A stretch of 64,000 nucleotides of DNA from an uncultured Candidatus Saccharibacteria bacterium (GTDB lineage: Bacteria > Patescibacteriota > Saccharimonadia > Saccharimonadales > UBA4665): the NCBI GenBank assembly GCA_964357905.1, contig CAYHMQ010000003.1, forward strand, positions 26,855-90,854. The letters are read 5' to 3'. Shown in pieces: positions 46,003-56,260 of the stretch (position 1 is the first letter of the stretch; every line of letters begins with the position of its first letter). The position numbers and the translations under genes were made by a program. The notes below the pieces were generated by a model that did no database searches, was not told the origin of the DNA, and saw only the letters and a program-made list of their open reading frames with translations.

Positions 46003-46356
46003 CTAGTAGACGTTTTCGATAAATCCCATCACAGCGAAGTCACGCCCAGCGATTTCAACAGCCGATAGCACGTACTGGCCTCGCCACTTAGCCTCATCAA
46101 TCCAAATCCAAGCCGCTCGTTGCATCTGCTTGAGCTTGGTGGCAGTAATCGCTTCGAGACCGCCGCCCTGCTCATAATCGCGACGATACTTAACCTCGAC
46201 AAAATGCACCACGTCATTCTTGCTGGCAATAATATCGATCTCGCAGCGCGGTCGACGCCAATTGGTCTCGATAATCTTGAAGCCGCGCATTTCTAGATAA
46301 ACCTTGGCGGCAATCTCGGCCTTGCGCCCAGCCTCAGTCGTTGTCAGCCGACCCAC
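46003..46356 (-). CDS. yraN: YraN-family (UPF0102) endonuclease
   Basis: 117 aa containing AKVYLEMRGFKIIETNWR...EIDIIA...HFVEVKYR. Confidence 0.85.
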   Translation of the reverse strand: MGRLTTTEAGRKAEIAAKVYLEMRGFKIIETNWRRPRCEIDIIASKNDVVHFVEVKYRRDYEQGGGLEAITATKLKQMQRAAWIWIDEAKWRGQYVLSAVEIAGRDFAVMGFIENVY

Positions 46357-46916
46357 TACAATAATGCCTTGATTGGCTTGAATGACTTCCTATGCAGTTC
46401 GATTACGCCGTGCAGCTTTAGTTGCTGCATATGGAATGCTGTGCCATACCCTACGTGTTTCTCGAAGCCATAATCAGGATATTTTTGGCTGGCCGCCGCC
46501 ATGTAGTTATCGCGGGCAACTTTGGCGAGAATACTGGCAGCGCTGACTGCTGGAACCGTGTCATCGGCCTTAATAACAGCCCTGGTCTTAGGCTGTTCGG
46601 CTAAGAAATTTAGATGGCCGTCTATTATTACCTCGTCATAGGCTGTTTTGATCTGTTGCAGGGCTTGTTGCATGGCCAGCTTGACAGCGGTGGTAATACC
46701 CACCTTGTCAACAGTGGCTGCGTCGACCCAGCCCAAGCCTACCGCCAAGGCCTTACGCTCAATCTCCTCGGCTAGCTCTTCGCGCCGTTTTTTGCTGAGT
46801 TGCTTGGAATCCCTTAGACCCTGGATTGGCTGACGGCCGTCCAGCACCACCGCACCGGCCACCAATGGACCCGCCCAACAGCCTCTTCCGACTTCATCAA
46901 TCCCAACAGTTATCAT
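46356..46916 (-). CDS. rnhB: ribonuclease HII
   Basis: 186 aa starting GIDEVGRGCWAGPLVAGAV, with DSKQLS. Confidence 0.92.
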   Translation of the reverse strand: MITVGIDEVGRGCWAGPLVAGAVVLDGRQPIQGLRDSKQLSKKRREELAEEIERKALAVGLGWVDAATVDKVGITTAVKLAMQQALQQIKTAYDEVIIDGHLNFLAEQPKTRAVIKADDTVPAVSAASILAKVARDNYMAAASQKYPDYGFEKHVGYGTAFHMQQLKLHGVIELHRKSFKPIKALL

Positions 46917-46972
46917 TAGTCTTAGTTTAGCAACTATTTATTAACTAATTATTAAATCCGACTAACAGATGT

Positions 46973-47497
46973 CTATTTGGCGGCTTCGTCGTGGCGGGCA
47001 ACAACGGCAGCAGCCTTGGCCTCTAGCTCAGCCTCTTCGGCGGCTTTGGCTTCAGCCTTGGCAGCAGCTTCGGTGGCCTTCTGCTCATGCAGCTTGGCTT
47101 CTTCAGCCTCGGCGGCTTCGTCGTGTACGGCGTTAACGGCTTCGCGGTCAAAATCTACACCGGTCATACGAGCTGATTTGCCGGTACGGTTGCGCATGTA
47201 ACTGAGGTAATTACGGCGGACGCGGCTTCGCTTGGTAACTTCGACTTGAACGACCAATGGGCTGTGCAATAAGAAACTCTTCTCGACGCCTACACCGCTG
47301 GCAATGCGGCGAACAGTAATACGGCTGGTCTGGCTGCCGCGCTTGCTGGTACGGATGACGAGGCCCTGGAAGATCTGAATACGTTCTTTGTTGCCTTCGC
47401 GAATCTTCTGGTGAACTTTGACGGTGTCGCCGGATCGGACGTCGACAACGGCCTTCTTCTTAGACCTGTCACTAATTATTTGTATAACACTCTGCAT
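46973..47497 (-). CDS. rplS: 50S ribosomal protein L19 with a 63-aa Ala/Glu-rich C-terminal extension
   Basis: Contains SGDTVKVHQKIREGNKERIQIFQGLVI. I chose the ATG at 47497 (MQSVIQ) from the promoter position. The tracked ORF start is 47554. Confidence 0.9.
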   Translation of the reverse strand: MQSVIQIISDRSKKKAVVDVRSGDTVKVHQKIREGNKERIQIFQGLVIRTSKRGSQTSRITVRRIASGVGVEKSFLLHSPLVVQVEVTKRSRVRRNYLSYMRNRTGKSARMTGVDFDREAVNAVHDEAAEAEEAKLHEQKATEAAAKAEAKAAEEAELEAKAAAVVARHDEAAK

Positions 47498-47506
47498 ATC
47501 CGGTAG

Positions 47507-47535
47507 ATTGTACACGATTTGCCCCTCTGTTGCAA
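47507..47535 (-). promoter_or_regulatory. rplS promoter TTGCAA-17-TACAAT, with the -10 ending 9 nt before the ATG
   Basis: The minus strand reads TTGCAACAGAGGGGCAAATCGTGTACAATCTACCGGATATG. No SD is present. Confidence 0.55.
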
Positions 47536-47581
47536 CCCTTTGGCCAAGCAGCAAGCCGCGCGGACTTGAGCCAGGCGCAGT

Positions 47582-49189
47582 TTAGCCGACGACGCGGTAG
47601 AGTTCTTCGAGGGTGGTCTCACCGGCAACGACTTTGAGCATGCCGTCCTGGAGCATGGTGCGCATGCTGGAATGTATGGCAGCCTCTTCAATGGCTTGGG
47701 CCGTGACATCAAGCTTAGGATTTTCTAGCAGATGGCGTAGCTTGTCGCCCATGGTGAACTGTTCTCGAATGGCTATTTGACCTTGGAAACCGTAAGGGTT
47801 TGCGGCAGAAGTGCCGGGCTTATAGAGCTTCAGACCTTCTAGGTTGGGTCGTGGGGCACCTTCGGGCAAAGTATCGATAACACTAGTTATTTTTTTTCGC
47901 TCGGCCTCACTGGGGTCATAGGGCTGCTTGAGATTGTCGTCGAGACGTCGAACTAGGCGCTGAGCCATGACCAGGCGGATAGCTGATATGAACAAGGGGT
48001 TTTGGCCGATAATATCAGCCAGGCGAGTCAGCGCTGCCGAGGCCGAGCTAGCGTGAAAGGTAGCGAGCACCAAGTGACCGGTCAGCGCCGCCTGCAGGGC
48101 GGTCTTGGCGGTGTCCATGTCACGGATCTCACCGACCATCACAATGTCCGGGTCAAGCCGCAGCACAGCCCGCAGCTTGTCGGCAAAGCTATCGTCATTG
48201 CCACCCTCACTGGAATGTACCGATATCTGGGTAATGCCGGCGAATTGGTACTCGACCGGGTCCTCAATCGTGATAATCTTGCGCTCCTCGGTGTTGAGCG
48301 AGTTCAGCATCGAATACAGGGTGGTGGTCTTGCCCGAACCGGTTGGACCGACGATCATTACTAGGCCGGTTGGCTTAGCAATAATGTCATCGACGATGCC
48401 CCGCTCAGCCTCCGACAAACCAAGACGATCAAGCGTATACATTGAGGCGTCCATATTGAACAGTCGCATCACCACGTCCATGCCATTGATAGTCGGCACT
48501 GTCTCCAGACGAACATTGACGTCGACCTGGGTGCCGTCGGCCATTTTGACCTTCTGAGCAATGTGACCCTGCTGAGCTTCGTTGGCAGAGGTCGAGACAT
48601 TACCAGCGCTAGCGATCGCTGATATCAGGACGCGGTATTTGTCCTGCTGCAAACGTGCCACGGCATGCAAAACGCCGTCGATGCGAAGACGAATTCTAAT
48701 ATCGTTGGCTTGGGTTTCGATGTGAATGTCCGAGGCGTTGAGATTGTGGGCTTGGGCTACCAGATAGGCCAGCATGTCGTCGGCGCGCACTTGCTCTAGA
48801 ACACCAGAAACCTTTTGCATTTGTTCTTCGTTGCCGGTTTCGTTGATGGCAATGTCATGGTAAACCACCTTTTGCGGTGGATCATACAACCTCATGTACT
48901 CGCGGTAGCCAGCATCAGAAATAATAGCCATGGTGACTCGCTGATCCTGGAAGCGCTGCCTAATACTGGCCATGGTTTGCTGTGAGGTAGTGGTCGTAAC
49001 GCCAAAAAATATATTACTCTTGTCAGCGCGCAGCGGTATGACCTTCAAGTTATATAATTCTTGGTTGCTGAAAATATCACGGTAAAGAGCCTTGCTGCCC
49101 GGCTGCGATGTGTCGGCATACTCCATGCCCAGCACGCGGGCACGGCGCTGTGCTGCCTGTTCTTCGTCCTGTCGAGCGTCTTGACCCAT
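47582..49189 (-). CDS. pilB: type IV pilus / type II secretion assembly ATPase (PilB/GspE family)
   Basis: 535 aa with a T2SSE N-domain, Walker A GPTGSGKTT, and Asp and His boxes. Confidence 0.88.
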   Translation of the reverse strand: MGQDARQDEEQAAQRRARVLGMEYADTSQPGSKALYRDIFSNQELYNLKVIPLRADKSNIFFGVTTTTSQQTMASIRQRFQDQRVTMAIISDAGYREYMRLYDPPQKVVYHDIAINETGNEEQMQKVSGVLEQVRADDMLAYLVAQAHNLNASDIHIETQANDIRIRLRIDGVLHAVARLQQDKYRVLISAIASAGNVSTSANEAQQGHIAQKVKMADGTQVDVNVRLETVPTINGMDVVMRLFNMDASMYTLDRLGLSEAERGIVDDIIAKPTGLVMIVGPTGSGKTTTLYSMLNSLNTEERKIITIEDPVEYQFAGITQISVHSSEGGNDDSFADKLRAVLRLDPDIVMVGEIRDMDTAKTALQAALTGHLVLATFHASSASAALTRLADIIGQNPLFISAIRLVMAQRLVRRLDDNLKQPYDPSEAERKKITSVIDTLPEGAPRPNLEGLKLYKPGTSAANPYGFQGQIAIREQFTMGDKLRHLLENPKLDVTAQAIEEAAIHSSMRTMLQDGMLKVVAGETTLEELYRVVG

Positions 49190-49197
49190 ATCCGTCT

Positions 49198-49226
49198 AGT
49201 ATAAAGCATAAGCTTTGATGCCGTAA
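49198..49226 (-). promoter_or_regulatory. pilB promoter TTACGG-17-TATACT, with the -10 ending 8 nt before the ATG
   Basis: Read directly. No SD is present. Confidence 0.4.
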
Positions 49227-49269
49227 CCCGCGGGGGCCAAAGGCCATTGATTACGGTATAGTGCTATGT

Positions 49270-49830
49270 ATGACGGAGCTGATTCTGATAGCCCACAATC
49301 TGCGCAGCGCCCATAATATTGGTTCGCTGCTGCGCACAGCCGAAGGCCTAGGAGTGGGTAAGATGTGGCTAAGTGGTTACTCCCCTTACCCACTGGCCAA
49401 AACTTATCTCGCTGGCAAAACCGATTCCGTCAGCAGAGACGATGACCGTTTGCCCCACTTGGCACAAAAAATCGATAAGCAAATAGCCAAGACGGCCCTG
49501 GGAGCCGAAAACACACTAGCCTGGGAGCACCAAGATGAAATCGCAGACCTATTGAAGGAGTTAAAGCAAGCTGGTTACCTGGTCGTCGCCCTCGAGCAAG
49601 CACCGAACGCTGTTAAACTACCAGACTTCCGATTGCCCGACTCGCCAGTCGAGCCTGCCCTACCGGCCAAACTTGCTCTAATAGTCGGCCGCGAAGTCGA
49701 AGGTATTGAGCCAGAAATCATGGCAATGTGCGATCAAATACTTGAAATACCAATGTTTGGTCGCAAGGAGTCGTTTAATGTTGTTCAAGCCGCGGCCATG
49801 GCGCTTTACCATTTGCGTTTTGTGGCCTAG
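49270..49830 (+). CDS. SpoU/TrmH-family RNA 2-prime-O-methyltransferase
   Basis: Contains NIGSLLRTAEGLG and IVGREVEGI...IPMFGRKESFNVVQAAAMALY. I chose the ATG at 49270 (TATAGT 7 nt upstream). The tracked start at 49261 is GTG. Confidence 0.85.
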   Translation: MTELILIAHNLRSAHNIGSLLRTAEGLGVGKMWLSGYSPYPLAKTYLAGKTDSVSRDDDRLPHLAQKIDKQIAKTALGAENTLAWEHQDEIADLLKELKQAGYLVVALEQAPNAVKLPDFRLPDSPVEPALPAKLALIVGREVEGIEPEIMAMCDQILEIPMFGRKESFNVVQAAAMALYHLRFVA

Positions 49831-49869
49831 TTATGTGTTAAAATATCCTTAGACTAATCTAAAACAAAT

Positions 49870-50298
49870 ATGGCTATAGCAACTCGACCAAAACCAAGTG
49901 TCTCGCACAAGAAGCGCCGGGCTCAGCATCATCGGCACAGCCGGCACTATCTTAAGGCCTATTCACCTTATCTGCCCATGCTGCTGATTGTGGGTCTTGG
50001 AGCAGCTGTTAATCAGTATTGGCCTTGGGCAGTCCAGGCAGCTCTCGTGCCAAGCGAACTGTTAAGCAGCGATGGGCAGCCGCTAACTCGTATCCAGACT
50101 CTGACCAATGACCAAACCGGGCAGATATTGTTGGTCGTCTTGGCAATAACAGCACTGGCCTTTGCAGTATTTGTATATCGTCACTGGTACCGTATACATC
50201 GCCTAGTGAATCGCGGTGAGAAGTTCGTTTATCAGCACGTTTGGATCGATGTTGCGGCGGTGTTTGTTTTTACTGCTGGGTTTGTGCTAACCCGCTAG
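49870..50298 (+). CDS. hypothetical membrane protein
   Basis: 142 aa with a basic His/Arg-rich N-terminus and three hydrophobic segments. Confidence 0.55.
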   Translation: MAIATRPKPSVSHKKRRAQHHRHSRHYLKAYSPYLPMLLIVGLGAAVNQYWPWAVQAALVPSELLSSDGQPLTRIQTLTNDQTGQILLVVLAITALAFAVFVYRHWYRIHRLVNRGEKFVYQHVWIDVAAVFVFTAGFVLTR

Positions 50299-50354
50299 GA
50301 GCTGGTTAGACAATTTGGGCTCGGCCTCCTCGCAAGTTGCTGCCAGCTGATCAG

Positions 50355-53300
50355 CTAGCGCAGCACAAGATTGTCAGAACCAACTAGCGTCTCGAGCTTA
50401 GTCAAACCTTCGCTAGCGCGATCAATGCCAGTTGGAAGCTTGATAGCTTGCTTGCTATCAGAGGCACCCAGCACCAAAACAACCTCGGTTTCGCCCTGGT
50501 GGCTATCGATTGTTTCTTTGAGTGAACGCAAGGTCTGCTCGTCACTGGTATTGACTAGCCGTATGTAGAGACGTTGATCGGCCGCCTCAGCTTCTGGCGA
50601 CTTGGCAGTTGCGACTACGGTAGGCTTGTGCTTAACGGCTGCGCGGGCTTTGGGCGTTTTGCGTTTCTTGCCAGTAGCTTCGTAAGCTGAAGCTTGCTGG
50701 GCAGTTATCTCGCGAGCATCGTCGACCATGATCTTAACTTCGCTGCTGCGATTGCCTTCTTTGTCACGGGCATTGATTTTGCCCCTGATTAGCACCACGC
50801 GGTCGCGCTCCCAGAGGCCAATTGTTTGCTGATAGCTGTTGGGGAATAGTATGGCTTCAATCTCGCCGTAGCGATCTTCCAGTTTGACGAAAGCCATGCG
50901 CTGCCCAGTCTTGGTAGTGATTTCACGAAAGTCGGTTATCGCACCACCAATACTAACTTGTTTACCGTCATGATCGTGAGTCAGGGTATTAATAGGTACG
51001 GTTTGTTCGCTGAGGATAGTTTCGAATAACTCCAGCGGGTGCTGGCTGAGGTATAGTCCTAGCAGTTCACGTTCCCATAAGAGTTGCTCTCGGCTGTCGG
51101 CTACTTCGCTGGGGATCTGAAGTTCAAGACCAGGGCGTTGCACTGATTTATCGTCAATTGCGTCGCCGAAGATGTCGGTCTGGCCGCTGCTGGCCTGTTT
51201 CTGAAGTCTAGCCGCATAAGCCAATAACATATCGAGGTTATGCAGCAGGGTCGTTCGATCACCAAAGCGATCGAACGCACCCGCCTTGACTAAGCTTTCC
51301 ATGGGCTTGCGATTAACGATTCGGTTGCTGACGCGGCTAAGGAAATCTTCTAGACTTTCGAAGTTGCCATCGTTACGAGCTCGCAAGATCTCTTCAACTG
51401 CGCCAGTACCAACATTCTTGATAGCCGCCATGCCGAAACGAATTTGATCCTTGTCTGGAACTACCGAGAATTCTACGAACGACTCGTTAACATCGGGTGG
51501 CAAAACCGTAATTCCCATGTGCTTACACTCGGTGATTTCGATAGCCAGGCGATCAGTGTCGTCATAGTCGCTGGTCATCAGCGCCGCCATGAAGGCCGCA
51601 GGGTAGTGAGCCTTGAGGTAGGCGGTCTGGTAAGCAATCGTGGCGTAGCAGGAGGAATGCGCCTTGGGGAAACAGTAGGCTGCGAAGGCCTCCAGTGAAC
51701 GCCAGAACTCCTCGATCTTGGACTTGCTGATATCGGAGTTCTTGAGGGCACCATCGATAAAATCCTTCTTAAGAGCGGCCAGCACCTCGGGCTTCTTCTT
51801 GGCTACGCCTTTACGCAAGGTATCGGCCTGGCCACCACTAAAGCCACAGAGATCCTTGGCAATCTGCATCACCTGCTCCTGATAAACCAGGATGCCGTAG
51901 GTGTTTTCGAGGGCATTCTGGGTCTTGTCATGCAGATATTCAATGACGCGCTTGCCGTGTTTGCGGTTGATAAAGTCATCAATCCACTGCATCGGACCGG
52001 GGCGATAGAGGGCGTTCATGGCAATCAGGTCGTCAAAGACGGTTGGCTTAAGCTCCTTGAGATAGCGCTTCATTCCAGCCGATTCAAACTGGAAAACACC
52101 GGTGGTATCACCACGCTGGAAGAGTTCATATGTCGTGTTGTCATCGAGCGGGATAGTGCTAATATCAATATCTTTGTGGTGTACTCGCTTGATAATTCGC
52201 AGCGCGTTCTTGATAATCGTCAAGTTAGACAATCCCAGGAAGTCCATCTTAAGTAGGCCTAGGTCTTCAATCGGACCCATCGAATACTGGGTGGCGATGA
52301 CGCCTTTTTGAGCCATTTCGAGTGGAGTGTAGTGGACTATATCTTCGGGGGCAATCACCACACCGGCGGCATGGACACCGTGAGAGCGAATCGTGCCTTC
52401 TAGTTGAACCGCCAGGTCAAAGACTTCCCGAGCGGTCTCGTTAGTCTCGTATTCTTGCTTGAGATCGCGATTTTCTCTAAGCGAGGTTTCCAGTAGAATG
52501 TGCCGGCCTTGGATAGGTGGTGGAATCATCTTAGCTAAGCGGTCGGCCTCAGCATAAGGCACTTGCAGCACGCGCGAGACGTCACGTACGGCGTTGCGGG
52601 CGGCCATTCGGCCAAAGGTAACTATATTGGCCACACGCTCTTTGCCATATTTGTCGACACAGTACTGGATGACTTCTTCGCGGCGATTATCCTGAATGTC
52701 GATATCAACATCGGGCATGCTAATACGGTCAGGGTTTAGGAATCTCTCGAACAGCAGATCGTACTCCAAGGGATCAAGCTCGGTAATCTTAAGAGCATAG
52801 GAAATTATTGAACCGGCCGCGCTACCCCGCCCCGGGCCAAAGACGATGCCCTGATCCTTACCCCAGCCGACGAAGTCGGCAATAATCAAGAAGTAGCCGT
52901 TGAAGCCCATTTGTTCGATTACACCTAGCTCGTATCTAGCACGATCCAGAACCTCTTTTGACAGAGTTTTTTTGGCATCGGCGATTGTCATGACCTTGGC
53001 TTCTTTGCTGGCAATACGCTTGCCGCTCAAGGTACGGCCATAGCGACGGCTCAGACCACGATAAACCAGCTTCTCAAGATAGGATTTTTCGGTTTCACCT
53101 TTGGGAACCGGAAACTTTGGAATCAGAATTTTGCCGAGATCAAGCGTCAGATCGCAGCGTGCCGCGACAGCGCGCGTATTAGTTATGAAGTCAGGGTACT
53201 CAGCGCCCCAACGCTCAATTACTTCCTCGGGCTTGTTAACATGTAGGTCGAACTCCTTGAGGCTCATGCGTCTTTCGTCACTTAGGAAGGAACCAGTCTG

Positions 53301-54029
53301 GACGCATAGCAATATTTCGTGGGCAGCTTGGTCTTCATGCTTGAGATAGTGGGCGTCACAAGTCACTACGCAAGGAATATCAAGCTCTTTGCTAAGCTGA
53401 ATTAACTGATCATTAATGCCCTTCTGAACTGTCCAATGCGCCGGATGATCGGGGTGGCCGTGATCTTGGATTTCGAGATAATAACGATCACCAAAGGTCT
53501 TCTTATACCACTGCGCTAGTGACTTGGCTTGATCATATTGACCTTGACGCAGAGCATCGCCAACTTCACCGCTGGCACAGCCGCTTAGACAGATTAGACC
53601 TTCGTTATACTGCTCCATCAGAGCATGGTCGATACGCGGCTTGTAATATAGACCCTCGAGGTTGGCAATGGTCGAAAGCTTCATCAAGTTTTGGTAGCCC
53701 TGTGCGTTCATGGCCAGCAAGATCACGTGATAATACTGCTTGTCCTTGGCCGGATCACGATCATCAATACTGCGAGACGCGACGTAAGCTTCCATGCCAA
53801 TAATTGGCTTGATGTCGGCGGCCTTGGCCTTCTTGTAAAACTCAATGGCGCCACTAAGAGTGCCATGGTCAGTCATAGCCACCGCCGTCATGCCGCTGTC
53901 TTTGACGTGTTCGATCAGCGGCGGTATCTTAGTCAAACCGTCGAGCAAGCTATACTGCGTGTGATTGTGCAGGTGCACATAGTCGCTAGCGACAAGCGCC
54001 GTCTTTTTTTTGGCCAAAATATCCCTCAA
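50355..54029 (-). CDS. dnaE: DNA polymerase III alpha subunit
   Basis: 1224 aa with a PHP domain (HLHNHTQYS), a polymerase core and an OB fold. TTG start at 54029 with TAAGGT upstream. Confidence 0.95.
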   Translation of the reverse strand: MRDILAKKKTALVASDYVHLHNHTQYSLLDGLTKIPPLIEHVKDSGMTAVAMTDHGTLSGAIEFYKKAKAADIKPIIGMEAYVASRSIDDRDPAKDKQYYHVILLAMNAQGYQNLMKLSTIANLEGLYYKPRIDHALMEQYNEGLICLSGCASGEVGDALRQGQYDQAKSLAQWYKKTFGDRYYLEIQDHGHPDHPAHWTVQKGINDQLIQLSKELDIPCVVTCDAHYLKHEDQAAHEILLCVQTGSFLSDERRMSLKEFDLHVNKPEEVIERWGAEYPDFITNTRAVAARCDLTLDLGKILIPKFPVPKGETEKSYLEKLVYRGLSRRYGRTLSGKRIASKEAKVMTIADAKKTLSKEVLDRARYELGVIEQMGFNGYFLIIADFVGWGKDQGIVFGPGRGSAAGSIISYALKITELDPLEYDLLFERFLNPDRISMPDVDIDIQDNRREEVIQYCVDKYGKERVANIVTFGRMAARNAVRDVSRVLQVPYAEADRLAKMIPPPIQGRHILLETSLRENRDLKQEYETNETAREVFDLAVQLEGTIRSHGVHAAGVVIAPEDIVHYTPLEMAQKGVIATQYSMGPIEDLGLLKMDFLGLSNLTIIKNALRIIKRVHHKDIDISTIPLDDNTTYELFQRGDTTGVFQFESAGMKRYLKELKPTVFDDLIAMNALYRPGPMQWIDDFINRKHGKRVIEYLHDKTQNALENTYGILVYQEQVMQIAKDLCGFSGGQADTLRKGVAKKKPEVLAALKKDFIDGALKNSDISKSKIEEFWRSLEAFAAYCFPKAHSSCYATIAYQTAYLKAHYPAAFMAALMTSDYDDTDRLAIEITECKHMGITVLPPDVNESFVEFSVVPDKDQIRFGMAAIKNVGTGAVEEILRARNDGNFESLEDFLSRVSNRIVNRKPMESLVKAGAFDRFGDRTTLLHNLDMLLAYAARLQKQASSGQTDIFGDAIDDKSVQRPGLELQIPSEVADSREQLLWERELLGLYLSQHPLELFETILSEQTVPINTLTHDHDGKQVSIGGAITDFREITTKTGQRMAFVKLEDRYGEIEAILFPNSYQQTIGLWERDRVVLIRGKINARDKEGNRSSEVKIMVDDAREITAQQASAYEATGKKRKTPKARAAVKHKPTVVATAKSPEAEAADQRLYIRLVNTSDEQTLRSLKETIDSHQGETEVVLVLGASDSKQAIKLPTGIDRASEGLTKLETLVGSDNLVLR

Positions 54030-54079
54030 GAAACCTTATATCCGTTACTAATTATAACACTTGTCTAGAGGACTAGAGC

Positions 54080-54490
54080 CTACTTCTTGAGGTAGTCGCG
54101 CAGGTGTTCTAGGGCTTTGTTAGCATCCTTGATGGCCTTGGCCAGATCTTTGTCATTGGCGTCGCCTTCGTGAAGCGCACTGAGCATTTCACGGGCTTTT
54201 TGCTTAGTATCTTTGGCTCCAGCGACCAGCTTGTCGAGCTCTTTTTGAGCTCTAGAGCTTAGCTTGCCGCCCCTGGTCTTGGCTTCTTTGATAATGTTAT
54301 CCAGATCGGTATGCAAGCGCTTGAGATCCTTCTCAGCTTCGGTCATGGTTCGCTCGGCAGTGTCCTTGATGTCAGCCCGCGTCTCTTTGCCGCTCTTGGG
54401 CGCAGTTAGGACACCAGCTACATATCCAGCCACAGCTGCGACTGCACCACCAATGGCTATATTCTTTGCGTTACTGTGCTTCTTGCCCAT
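54080..54490 (-). CDS. YtxH-domain protein
   Basis: 136 aa with an N-terminal hydrophobic segment followed by APKSGKETRADIKD. Confidence 0.75.
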   Translation of the reverse strand: MGKKHSNAKNIAIGGAVAAVAGYVAGVLTAPKSGKETRADIKDTAERTMTEAEKDLKRLHTDLDNIIKEAKTRGGKLSSRAQKELDKLVAGAKDTKQKAREMLSALHEGDANDKDLAKAIKDANKALEHLRDYLKK

Positions 54491-54744
54491 TATTTTTTGC
54501 GCCCTTTCTGAGTTAACTTAATGATATTGCTGATAAGCTTGAAGAAAGCCAGCCGGCCTTGGGTGTCCTTGAGGACTTCTGCGGCTGATTCGACAGAATC
54601 AACTACGTCTTCGGCCTTGGCAGCAACCCGCCTAATACTGGCAAGTAGTTGCAGCAACCCGATGACTAGAGCAATGCAGAGTATAAAAAAGATGCTTAGC
54701 AAACTGGTCAGAACGATCAATAGAACTTCTTCAGTTGTAGTCAT
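54490..54744 (-). CDS. DUF948-like small membrane protein
   Basis: 84 aa with one TM segment plus a coiled coil. Typical partner of YtxH. TATAAT lies 6 nt upstream of the ATG. Confidence 0.6.
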   Translation of the reverse strand: MTTTEEVLLIVLTSLLSIFFILCIALVIGLLQLLASIRRVAAKAEDVVDSVESAAEVLKDTQGRLAFFKLISNIIKLTQKGRKK

Positions 54745-54771
54745 ATACTTATTATATAACTAGTTGTGCGC

Positions 54772-55683
54772 TTAGCCCAATTTTTTACGCAAATGCTCTT
54801 TGAGCTCGGCGCCAATGTCGTCACGCTCCAGGGCAAAATCGAAGACTGTCTTGAGGTATTCTAGCTGGTTGCCAGTGTCGTAATACGTGCCTTCTTTGAT
54901 TTCGCAGCCATATATGTGATGACCGTCTTCGACCATGCGCTGCATGGCTTCTTGAATCATGAATTCTCCGGATTTGTCATAAGTATCGAGTTCTTCCTCG
55001 AGGTATTTGAGAATGACAGGGTCGAACACGTAGCCGCTGACTGAGGCTAGATCTGATGGGGCTTTGTCACGACTGCCTGGCTTCTCGACTATGGTCTCCA
55101 TATCAATCAGGCCAGGGCTGATTTCTTTGCCAGCAATATAACCATAACGAGAGTAATCGGCATCGGAATCTCTTCGCACACAGGTTAGAACTGAACCACC
55201 CTTATCAGCGTGGACTTGCAGCAATTGCTCAAAACGACTAGGATTTGAGGCCACGAAGTCATCGGCAAAAGTATAGATAAACGGCTCGTCGCCCATCAGG
55301 TGAGCGGCGTTGAGTAGCGGTGTGCCGGTTCCGTATGGGCCCTTCTGCCTTATGTAGGCGAAATTGGCCAGGCTGGAAATCTTAGCTGTGTCTTCTAGCA
55401 GTTTGTCCTTGCCAGCTTGTTGTAGGTTGGCCTTGAGATCGGCGCTAAGGTGATCGAAGTGGTCCTCTATGGTGCGCTTATGATAACCAGTCACGATCAC
55501 TATGTCAGTAATGCCGGCCTGGCAAAGTTCCTCGACAATGTGCTGGATAATCGGCTTGTTGACCAGAGGGAGCATCTCCTTGGGCATGGCCTTGGTCTGT
55601 GGCAAAAACCGCGTTCCAAAACCAGCCGCGGCGATAACTGCTTTGCGCACACGTGGCTGATCAGATTTCTGAGGTTGGCTCAT
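54772..55683 (-). CDS. galU: UTP--glucose-1-phosphate uridylyltransferase
   Basis: Contains KAVIAAAGFGTRFLPQTKAMPKEMLP. I chose the ATG at 55683. The tracked start at 55716 is TTG. Confidence 0.9.
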   Translation of the reverse strand: MSQPQKSDQPRVRKAVIAAAGFGTRFLPQTKAMPKEMLPLVNKPIIQHIVEELCQAGITDIVIVTGYHKRTIEDHFDHLSADLKANLQQAGKDKLLEDTAKISSLANFAYIRQKGPYGTGTPLLNAAHLMGDEPFIYTFADDFVASNPSRFEQLLQVHADKGGSVLTCVRRDSDADYSRYGYIAGKEISPGLIDMETIVEKPGSRDKAPSDLASVSGYVFDPVILKYLEEELDTYDKSGEFMIQEAMQRMVEDGHHIYGCEIKEGTYYDTGNQLEYLKTVFDFALERDDIGAELKEHLRKKLG

Positions 55684-55690
55684 TGCTACG

Positions 55691-55699
55691 ATTGTACCA
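55691..55699 (-). promoter_or_regulatory. extended -10 promoter TGGTACAAT, 7 nt upstream of the galU ATG
   Basis: Read directly in the 34-nt gap after the Nudix gene. No SD is present. Confidence 0.45.
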
Positions 55700-55717
55700 C
55701 GATAATTAGTCGGCAAG

Positions 55718-56260
55718 TTACTCTGATTTGGTCAATGAGTTCAGGTGCTTGTCTGCCATTAACACGGCGACTGCATCGGTCATATTTCCGTTGCGAGCAT
55801 TGTCACGTAATCGCTTAACAGTAATAGTAATTACCTCCACGAACTCGCCCTGCTCAAGCTTCTGATCACTAGTTTTGACGCAGTCATAGGCGATAAAGTA
55901 GTTAGAAGTACTGTTTTTATAGGCATCACGATAAGCAAAGCCGAGATACTCAACATTGCTCGAACGATAACCGGTTTCTTCGGCTAGTTCCCGCAAGGCA
56001 GCCTCTTGTAGCTCTTCACCGTCATCGGCTCTGCCACCCGGCAATTCATCCATTACGCGTTCTGGACCAGCTCTGAACTGACGAGCAATAATCACCTTGT
56101 TATCCCTTGTTATGGCGATTACGGCGACATCTTGTGAATCGTTTTTACCGTATGTCGTGAACTCGTGTTCGCTGCCGTCAGGCATTAAAAACCGTTTAAT
56201 AGTTAGTACTCTGTAGCCGACATTTTCGACTTTTTGACTGAGCTTTTTCCAAGCTGGCAT
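55718..56260 (-). CDS. NUDIX hydrolase
   Basis: 180 aa with the Nudix box GGRADDGEELQEAALRELAEETG. Confidence 0.85.
   Translation of the reverse strand: MPAWKKLSQKVENVGYRVLTIKRFLMPDGSEHEFTTYGKNDSQDVAVIAITRDNKVIIARQFRAGPERVMDELPGGRADDGEELQEAALRELAEETGYRSSNVEYLGFAYRDAYKNSTSNYFIAYDCVKTSDQKLEQGEFVEVITITVKRLRDNARNGNMTDAVAVLMADKHLNSLTKSE

Noticed and set aside
50345-50356. Perfect 12-bp palindrome AGCTGATCAGCT at the dnaE stop. A similar 10-bp palindrome, TTCGGCCGAA, lies at 11117-11126 in the rpoB upstream region.
   Set aside because: These are loop-less palindromes of this length with no partner sites or flanking signals. I cannot assign a function.
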